In this document: piece after piece, positions 36,989-42,620 of the stretch
How the letters are laid out: each line of letters starts with the position of its first letter
Position numbering within the stretch: the first letter of the stretch is position 1
DNA from: a virus
Lineage: Duplodnaviria > Caudoviricetes
Strand: one strand, 5' to 3'
DNA length: 42,620 bases
IMG/VR virus record: IMGVR_UViG_3300028920_000133
Location: 1-42,620 of that record
The notes under the pieces: generated by a model
Databases searched by the model: none
Told to the model about the DNA's origin: nothing
What the model saw: the letters and a program-made list of their open reading frames with translations, nothing else
Made by a program: the position numbers and the translations under genes

Positions 36989-37081
36989 GGAGGGTAGCGA
37001 CCAACGGTGGTCAAGCGGTCTTGAAAACCGTGCCTTCGGGTTAGTAGCCCGGCGGGGGTTCGATTCCTCTGCCCTCCTCCA
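36989..37081 (+). tRNA. tRNA-Ser(TGA)
   Basis: GCGGT-CTTGAAA-ACCGT; long variable arm; CCA. Confidence 0.88.
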
Positions 37082-37099
37082 TTAACAACACACAGTCAT

Positions 37100-37176
37100 G
37101 TTGAGGGTAGCTCAATTGGTAGAGCGCGTGGATGTGGCCCACGTCGTTGCGGGTTCGATTCCCGTCCCTCACCCCA
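37100..37176 (+). tRNA. tRNA-His(GTG)
   Basis: G-1:C73; CGTGG-ATGTGGC-CCACG; CCA. Confidence 0.9.
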
Positions 37177-37317
37177 GAGTCTTTCCTGAGCGTTTGTGCT
37201 ATGATGGAAGCAGCAATCCATCAATATCCCCAAGGTTTCCGTGGACTCCGGCTGGTAGTCGGCCAGCTAAGGTGCTCAGGGGGTGGCATAACGATTAATG
37301 GGATCAGGAGTCCATGT

Positions 37318-37398
37318 GCCCCGGTGGTGGAACTGGTAGACACGCTGGTCTTAGGAACCAGTCTTCGGGTGAGGGTTCGAATCCCTCCTGGGGCACCA
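37318..37398 (+). tRNA. tRNA-Leu(TAG)
   Basis: CTGGT-CTTAGGA-ACCAG; CCA. Confidence 0.92.
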
Positions 37399-37414
37399 TT
37401 ACATAGGAGAACAA

Positions 37415-37819
37415 ATGTTTTATAAGTGGGACGTAGAGACGGACGAGATCACAAAATGTGATGTCAACGAATTCTGTGAACGATATGAACGCGAAGTAGA
37501 CGCGAAGGAAAGCGGAGATCCCAACCCAAGACGGCTGGAACTCAAAGAGTTCAAGATCTTCGGGTTCACAATTGCCTGGGTCTCCACTGTCTTCCTCGGC
37601 GTTGACCACTCCTGGGACGATGCGGACATGCCGCTGCTGTTTGAGACCATGGTCTTCCCAGGCGGATCATACCTGGAGAGTTACTGCGAAAGGTATGAGA
37701 CAAGCGAAGAGGCAAGACGCGGACACAAGATCGCTGTGCGCTGGACCTTCTGGCGTTTGCCGAAGTTCCTTTATCTAAGGCTGAAGGACAAGCTAGGGAA
37801 AGGCGACGGAGATTGGTGA
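37415..37819 (+). CDS. Conserved-looking phage hypothetical protein in the tRNA array
   Basis: AGGAG RBS; VSTVFLG.DH...LFETMVF.GG...RY.T.EEA..GH motif. Confidence 0.7.
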   Translation: MFYKWDVETDEITKCDVNEFCERYEREVDAKESGDPNPRRLELKEFKIFGFTIAWVSTVFLGVDHSWDDADMPLLFETMVFPGGSYLESYCERYETSEEARRGHKIAVRWTFWRLPKFLYLRLKDKLGKGDGDW

Positions 37820-37886
37820 GCCGTGACTGCCTGCTAAGCAGTTGGTCCTCCGGGGCCTGAGAGTTCGATTCTCTCCCTTTCCGCCA
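37797..37886 (+). tRNA. tRNA-Ser(GCT)
   Basis: GGAAAGG/CCTTTCC; ACTGC-CTGCTAA-GCAGT; long variable arm; CCA. Confidence 0.88.
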
Positions 37887-37895
37887 AAGCATTCT

Positions 37896-37971
37896 TGGGG
37901 AGTAGCTCAACCGGAAGAGCAGCGGACTCTGAATCCGCGTGTTGAGAGTTCAAGTCTCTCCTCCCCTGCCA
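37896..37971 (+). tRNA. tRNA-Gln(CTG)
   Basis: GCGGA-CTCTGAA-TCCGC; CCA. Confidence 0.9.
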
Positions 37972-38045
37972 GGGGCCTTGGTGTAATGGAAGCACGTCAG
38001 ACTTTGAATCTGACAGCGCTGGTTCGATACCAGCAGGCCCTTCCA
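37972..38045 (+). tRNA. tRNA-Gln(TTG)
   Basis: TCAGA-CTTTGAA-TCTGA; CCA; directly abuts the previous tRNA. Confidence 0.9.
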
Positions 38046-38048
38046 TAC

Positions 38049-38123
38049 GGGTCGGTAGCCAAGCGGTAAGGCATGGGATTGCAAACCCCATCAACGTCGG
38101 TTCAACTCCGACCCGGCCCTCCA
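38049..38123 (+). tRNA. tRNA-Cys(GCA)
   Basis: TT-GCA-AA loop; U73; CCA. Confidence 0.9.
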
Positions 38124-38130
38124 GATGTTT

Positions 38131-38223
38131 GCCGAGTGTTCCTCATCGCGGTCTGTAAAACCGCGGGCCATATAACTATGTGAGGTGGTTGGTCAGATGG
38201 TTCAATTCCTTCACTCGGCACCA
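38131..38223 (+). tRNA. Atypical tRNA-Tyr(GTA) lacking a D-arm
   Basis: GCCGAGT/ACTCGGC-A-CCA; GCGGT-CTGTAAA-ACCGC; T-arm present; only 10 nt in place of the D-arm. Confidence 0.65.
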
Positions 38224-38227
38224 AACT

Positions 38228-38302
38228 GCATCGGTAGCTCAGGAGTAGAGCGCCTGCCTGAAGAGCAGGGCGTCGGTGGTGCGATTCCATCCCGGTGCAC
38301 CA
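38228..38302 (+). tRNA. tRNA-Phe(GAA)
   Basis: CCTGC-CTGAAGA-GCAGG; CCA. Confidence 0.88.
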
Positions 38303-38304
38303 TA

Positions 38305-38447
38305 TGGTTCTGTAGCTCAACTGGTAAGAGCGGGAGCTTAACGGCTCCGACACACACTTCGCGGCGAAGTAACCCACGTCGGGAGAAATGTGTAGGCAGG
38401 ACTGGTTACCCTGTCGGTGCGGGTTCGAATCCCGCCAGAATCAACCA
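38305..38447 (+). ncRNA. tRNA-like RNA with a large structured insertion
   Basis: Canonical D-arm (TAGCTCAACTGGTAAGAGC), T-arm (GCGGGTTCGAATCCCGC), acceptor TGGTTCTG/CAGAATCA and ACCA end; 143 nt in total. Confidence 0.7.
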
Positions 38448-38450
38448 TAA

Positions 38451-38524
38451 TGGCTCATGGTGAAATGGTATCACAGGCGACTGATAATCGCCTATTCTTG
38501 GTTCGAATCCAGGTGAGCCAACCA
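38451..38524 (+). tRNA. tRNA-Ile(GAT)
   Basis: GGCGA-CTGATAA-TCGCC; CCA. Confidence 0.9.
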
Positions 38525-38534
38525 AGTGTAATCA

Positions 38535-38609
38535 GACCCTGTAGGATAATGGTTAGTCCACTAGGCTTTCAACCTAGATATCGGGGTTCAATTCCCCGCG
38601 GGGTCACCA
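38535..38609 (+). tRNA. tRNA-Glu(TTC)
   Basis: CTAGG-CTTTCAA-CCTAG; CCA. Confidence 0.9.
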
Positions 38610-38612
38610 TGA

Positions 38613-38687
38613 TCACCCCTAGTTTAATGGCAAAACGGCCAACTTATAATTGGTTGATTCCTGGTTCGACTCCAGGGGGGTGTACCA
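38613..38687 (+). tRNA. tRNA-Ile(TAT)
   Basis: GCCAA-CTTATAA-TTGGT; TTCGACT; A73; CCA. Confidence 0.82.
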
Positions 38688-38688
38688 T

Positions 38689-38771
38689 GCTGGAGTGGCG
38701 AAATTGGAAAACGCGCCGGATTCAAACCCCGGTGTTTCGGCTTAAGGGTTCGACTCCCTTCTCCAGCACCA
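38689..38771 (+). tRNA. tRNA-Leu(CAA)
   Basis: GCTGGAG/CTCCAGC; TT-CAA-AC loop; variable arm; CCA. Confidence 0.88.
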
Positions 38772-38917
38772 CAAAAACATGTGCGCTTAAAGATGACCAG
38801 CCTCACTCCCGGTGGCTCCGGGAACCGCTGTCACACCCACCCGATAGGGTCCTTACATCCCTTAGCCGGGGTTGCGGCAGTCACGGCTGCCCAGCGTAAA
38901 ATGTGTCGGGGCGCACC

Positions 38918-39406
38918 TTATATGTGTCTAATTCTGTGGCACGTTGGGCACAGTATAACAAGGTTTTCGATTGTATTGTTGTCCCTGTTATTATCAATGT
39001 GGTGGACTTCAAGAACGCTTGGCACCTCTGCCCATCCACAGTCCAGGCATTCGTGTTTATGTTCTCTTAGTGCCCTGGTTCTATATGTACGTTGCCCGCA
39101 AGCATAGTGAGGAGGATGGATTTCACTGAGTCCGCTTTCGATTCTTTGGCCGGTATCCTTGCATTTTCTACAGCAAAAATGAAGACCGCTTTTGGATGCC
39201 TTTATCCGGCTTGGCATTTTGTAAAATTTTTTCCCACATTGAGCGCAGACGACATTTGGCTGGTGGTTAACCCTGCGCTGGTTTGAAATCGATTCTCGTC
39301 GGCACCTCTTGCTGCAATACTTCGACAATCCCTTGCCGTGCCCGACGTATGAGGCTTCAAATTTTTTTCCACATATTTCGCATCGTCTTATCTTGTTGGC
39401 TGCCAT
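38918..39406 (-). CDS. HNH endonuclease with N-terminal Cys4 zinc modules, antisense within the tRNA array
   Basis: CEICGKKF..YCSKRC, CAQCGKKF..FCCRKC, LEVHHID.NR.NN..ENL..LCPTCH; GGAGG RBS. Confidence 0.9.
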   Translation of the reverse strand: MAANKIRRCEICGKKFEASYVGHGKGLSKYCSKRCRRESISNQRRVNHQPNVVCAQCGKKFYKMPSRIKASKSGLHFCCRKCKDTGQRIESGLSEIHPPHYACGQRTYRTRALREHKHECLDCGWAEVPSVLEVHHIDNNRDNNTIENLVILCPTCHRIRHI

Positions 39407-39419
39407 TGTTCCTCCGTGT

Positions 39420-39494
39420 GGGGGTGTAGTGTAAATGGGAACACGCAAGTCTTGCAAACTTGAGTTGGAGGTTCGATCCCTCTCATCTCCACCA
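39420..39494 (+). tRNA. tRNA-Ala(TGC)
   Basis: G3:U70; CAAGT-CTTGCAA-ACTTG; CCA. Confidence 0.92.
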
Positions 39495-39505
39495 TTCCAA
39501 GATGG

Positions 39506-39535
39506 ATTATACCACACTTGGTGCAAAGCTGTCAA
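39506..39535 (-). promoter_or_regulatory. Consensus sigma70 promoter on the - strand driving the HNH gene
   Basis: The - strand reads TTGACA-18 bp-TATAAT with extended TG. Confidence 0.8.
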
Positions 39536-39685
39536 CATCCACCATTATATTTAATCATATATATTATTATATAATAAGCTGTAAACGGGCGACTTCGTTA
39601 ATTGTAAGTTATTCATTACATGGGGGTTATGTTGCACGTAAACGTGAAACCGTCGTATTTATTATATATTATATAAGTCTAATTA

Positions 39686-40507
39686 ATGCAAATACCTGAA
39701 AACGCTAGACTTAGATATGAAACACTCACAGGTGACTCAAAGAAAACTTTTCTGAAAAGATACAAGAGACTCCGCAAGAAGGAAGGGAGAACCCCAGAAG
39801 TAGCGTCACTATTATGTTCTGGACTACTGCCTGACAATCTACGAAAGTGGCCCCCTGGACTTAGGTACAAGTTACACAATAGGGTTATTCAACATAACTT
39901 GATGGTTGGGACTGCGGCATGGCATCACGCACAGGAAGCCGAAATTGAAAAGATGGCTGACTGGATGGATGGGTGGTGGAAGCGTAACCATGAAAGGAAT
40001 GACATGTCGCTGAGTAACAAAGATTTCAGAAACCGGCTTGAGGCCGGTAAGAAGTTTGAGGGGATGGTTGTTGACAGGCTGGTTGAGTTGGGTATACCGA
40101 CTGACCAGATTGAATGGAATGAGACCGACGAGAAGCTTCTAAAGAAATGGAAGAAGGAAGACTTCACCAAGTACGACGTTGACATCGTAGCCTGTGACAA
40201 GATCATTGAAGTCAAATCCAGACAGTCAACATGTAAGTTTACCTGCATCGATGACTTCCCATTCCCCGACATCTTTGTCGATACGGAAGGAGGATGGCAG
40301 AAAAAGCTTAAGAAACCAGACTACTACGTTATCGTTTCGCAGGATACCGGAGGGATGCTTGTCATTCCAGGAAACACAAGGGATCAGTGGAAGACAAAGA
40401 AGATCTATGATAAGCTGAGCGGGTTTAAGACGAAGACCATGATTGCCGACAAAGAGTTGGCAAAAAGTTTTGAGTGGATGGCAGAAGAGATACAAAAAAG
40501 TTGTTGA
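39686..40507 (+). CDS. PD-(D/E)XK nuclease-like protein (possible internal start at 40004)
   Basis: G..FE..V...DVDI...IIEVKSR...PDYYVIVS; AAGGA lies before the internal ATG at 40004. Confidence 0.65.
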   Translation: MQIPENARLRYETLTGDSKKTFLKRYKRLRKKEGRTPEVASLLCSGLLPDNLRKWPPGLRYKLHNRVIQHNLMVGTAAWHHAQEAEIEKMADWMDGWWKRNHERNDMSLSNKDFRNRLEAGKKFEGMVVDRLVELGIPTDQIEWNETDEKLLKKWKKEDFTKYDVDIVACDKIIEVKSRQSTCKFTCIDDFPFPDIFVDTEGGWQKKLKKPDYYVIVSQDTGGMLVIPGNTRDQWKTKKIYDKLSGFKTKTMIADKELAKSFEWMAEEIQKSC

Positions 40508-40533
40508 CAATATACCACAGTGTGTGGTACCAT
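40504..40533 (+). promoter_or_regulatory. sigma70-type promoter
   Basis: TTGACA-18 bp-TACCAT with extended TG. Confidence 0.6.
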
Positions 40534-40576
40534 GGTCTATATTGGATATATTTAGCAGGTTTTAGTGGTGGGGAAC

Positions 40577-41017
40577 ATGGAATATCTCAATCATTTTGAA
40601 GAGGAATCTATCAAAGTTCTCGCAAATGATATTGCAAGAGAGTTCATGAAGGATAGAATTACTGGGCAGAGGCAGGTAATAAAGATGTTTCACCTGCGTA
40701 CTGGCACCATATCCTGCTCCGTTCGTATGTCCAAGGAGGGTCATGTTTGGTTCAACGCCACCATGCCAGCCATGAGACACAACTGCGTAACCAGCAAGCC
40801 GTCAGCACCGTCTGGCGTGCTGATTGGCTCCAGGTTTGATGCCACAGACTTCGTTGAGTGGATCATTGAAGAGCTGAGAGAGACGCTCATCAGGGCTGAG
40901 ATAGTAAAGAGGATTGAGGCAACCGCGAAAAACAACCTGCTCTCAATAATCATGAACAAGCAAAACATGAGTGTGGTTGATCCAGCGGAATGTCTCGGCG
41001 CAAGCAGAATCACATAA
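40577..41017 (+). CDS. Hypothetical protein
   Basis: ORF of about 146 aa after a promoter. Confidence 0.6.
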   Translation: MEYLNHFEEESIKVLANDIAREFMKDRITGQRQVIKMFHLRTGTISCSVRMSKEGHVWFNATMPAMRHNCVTSKPSAPSGVLIGSRFDATDFVEWIIEELRETLIRAEIVKRIEATAKNNLLSIIMNKQNMSVVDPAECLGASRIT

Positions 41018-41042
41018 CAATCAGAACGTTTCGTATTTTACT

Positions 41043-41066
41043 GGCCCCGGCTTTTGCCGGGGCCTT
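41043..41066 (+). terminator. GC-rich hairpin, possible weak terminator
   Basis: GGCCCCGGC-TTTT-GCCGGGGCC with a short T-tail. Confidence 0.45.
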
Positions 41067-41077
41067 GGAGTTTATGA

Positions 41078-41257
41078 ATGCACTATTCGCTGTCTGTTTA
41101 CTGTCCACGGTGCGGAAGAACTGAGGACGGCAAAGTAAGCACAGAATCCGAATCCATCGTCTGCGGTGCCTGTGGGCACGTGATTGCCAGATGGGAGGAG
41201 GAGCGTGAAGATTACAGTTGGGTTAATGTAGATGAGCCAGATCCTAACACCCTATGA
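41078..41257 (+). CDS. Small zinc-ribbon protein (59 aa)
   Basis: Read manually: MHYSLSVYCPRCG...VCGACGHVI; GGAG upstream. Confidence 0.5.
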   Translation: MHYSLSVYCPRCGRTEDGKVSTESESIVCGACGHVIARWEEEREDYSWVNVDEPDPNTL

Positions 41258-41942
41258 TGAGGACTTTAGGGATGACCTTGAGTTCGCCACCCTGGCGCAA
41301 GTCGAACTCCTCAACAGAGAGTATGCAGAAGACTTCTACCTGTGGTGCGTAGATCTTGTACGCACGTCAGATGAGGCCACGCAACAACTGCTTGCTTTCC
41401 CCTCCGATAAAGCCTACCTGAAAGACCTTGCCTACATTCTTCAGCATGAGCCACGGGTGGCTATCCCTAAATCTCGCCGCATGTTTGTGTCCTGGCTGGT
41501 GTCGCTGTACTGTCAGTGGAAGGCAAGATTCCACCCGCATAACGCCATCTTCTTTCAGTCAGACACTGAGTCGAAGTCAGCTTACATTACAGACAAGAGA
41601 ATCAAGTTCGTTGAGGACAACCTTGACCCGCTGTTCCGAAAAGATTACGAAGTCTTGAAGACGAAGTCTGGTCTTGTTGGGCGCATAACCTACAAGAGCA
41701 CAGGCTCATATGTTTGGGCGATTGCCTCTGGAGACTCACAGATCCGGTCATACACCCCCTCGGTGCTTGTGATGGACGAGATTGAGTTCCATGGTGAGGG
41801 TGCTGCTTCCATGGCCGCGGCATTGGCTACCATTGAGAAGAAGGCTCAGATCATTGTTATTTCGACTTCCAACGGTCCCGGCAAGCCGCTGGCACAGATA
41901 TGTGCTGGGGCGGGTTTCAACAGATGGAAATCAGCAAAGTAA
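41232..41942 (+). CDS. Terminase large subunit, ATPase domain only
   Basis: IPKSRRMFVSW (Walker A-like), IRSYTPS, VMDE (Walker B) and IIVISTSNG (motif III); stops at 236 aa. Confidence 0.8.
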   Translation: MSQILTPYDEDFRDDLEFATLAQVELLNREYAEDFYLWCVDLVRTSDEATQQLLAFPSDKAYLKDLAYILQHEPRVAIPKSRRMFVSWLVSLYCQWKARFHPHNAIFFQSDTESKSAYITDKRIKFVEDNLDPLFRKDYEVLKTKSGLVGRITYKSTGSYVWAIASGDSQIRSYTPSVLVMDEIEFHGEGAASMAAALATIEKKAQIIVISTSNGPGKPLAQICAGAGFNRWKSAK

Positions 41943-41979
41943 TTGGGCCACACGGCCCGCTTAAGAACCGGGAGGAAGC

Positions 41980-42620
41980 GTGGGAATCCCCGTAATTCTA
42001 CAGGACAACAGCGAAGAACCCAGCACGCTGAGTGCGTATAGCGTAGCCAACGGAATGGAGTTCCGCGACAACATCGCCGCCGAGCAGTTGTTGAAGTCAG
42101 CCGAGGATCTAACGGATGATAGCTACTGGACAAACACAAACACAACTGACGTCGCCCAGCCTGATGGGTCAACGCTTGTAACCGCAACAGCAAACGGCAC
42201 GTTTCCGAGTATTCAGCAGAATACAATCAACTGGATTCCGGTCTGGGCAAAAAACTTCGGTGCCCAGGTCAGTTTCAGGGCCGGAACAAGCACCGAAGCA
42301 ACTATCAGCGTGTTTGCTAATGGGGGCATCGGCTTGACGGGAACATCCGCTGAAATCGTTTCCGGTCCTGGCGCAGTGTCAATGGTGAATAACCGCGCAG
42401 AAATCACAGGGCTATCAACGACCGAATACACGACAGTCTTCATGAAATGTCTGGAAGGCGTGGATCTTCCTTCCACAAACGACCTTGTCCTGTATCTTTA
42501 CCCAAATTTGGTGAGCGATGGAAATGCTAACGTAGCCGGGGATTCCGTCTACATCAACCTCCCACAACTGGTCATTGGCGACCAAGTCAAGACCCGCCCC
42601 ACGCAGACCGATGTCAACGA
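41980..42620 (+). CDS. Beta-rich structural protein (fibre/decoration-like), truncated by the window end
   Basis: GGAGG plus GTG at 41980; frame open to the end (MGIPVILQDNSEE...LLKSAEDLTDDSYW...PQLVIG); Thr/Ser/Asn/Gly-rich. Confidence 0.65.
   Translation, partial: MGIPVILQDNSEEPSTLSAYSVANGMEFRDNIAAEQLLKSAEDLTDDSYWTNTNTTDVAQPDGSTLVTATANGTFPSIQQNTINWIPVWAKNFGAQVSFRAGTSTEATISVFANGGIGLTGTSAEIVSGPGAVSMVNNRAEITGLSTTEYTTVFMKCLEGVDLPSTNDLVLYLYPNLVSDGNANVAGDSVYINLPQLVIGDQVKTRPTQTDVN

Noticed and set aside
38305-38447. Group I intron-containing tRNA or tmRNA
   Set aside because: The insert is only about 70 nt with no group I core or tag reading frame, and the D-stem is intact, unlike tmRNA.
38689-38771. 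Selenocysteine or opal-suppressor tRNA (TTCAAA)
   Set aside because: The stem register places CAA in the anticodon; the 7-bp acceptor and A73 fit Leu. No suppressor anticodon was found in the array, and genes end normally at TAA/TAG/TGA, so there is no sign of recoding.
35734-38899. Numerous 60-160 aa ORFs across the tRNA array
   Set aside because: They overlap well-formed tRNA genes and lack an RBS or protein-like motifs.

Overview
This window is about 42.6 kb of a tailed dsDNA bacteriophage genome; no integrase is visible in it. From left to right: (1) the end of the virion/ejection genes, including a 2651-aa polyvalent-type protein with an HExxH metallopeptidase motif and two ADP-ribosyltransferase-like domains; (2) a lysis cassette; (3) a + strand recombination/replication block (RecE-like exonuclease, annealing protein, SSB, initiator, DnaB, MazG-like protein, resolvase); (4) a - strand block of small, probably early genes (20.4-32.6 kb) with a radical-SAM-like gene and a MoxR-ATPase/DUF3150-like/vWA trio, whose genes are punctuated by long hairpins, three sharing an identical apical loop; (5) a repeat-rich divergent non-coding region and a TerS-like gene; (6) HNH and RRM genes; (7) a boxA-led array of 24 standard tRNAs and 2 atypical tRNA-like genes covering all 20 amino acids, interspersed with several unexplained structured RNAs; (8) a terminase gene that appears to contain only the ATPase domain. 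The best candidates for novelty are the conserved hairpin-leader-RBS cassettes in the early region and the atypical tRNAs and ncRNAs in the array. All family assignments come from motif recognition by eye; no database searches were run.
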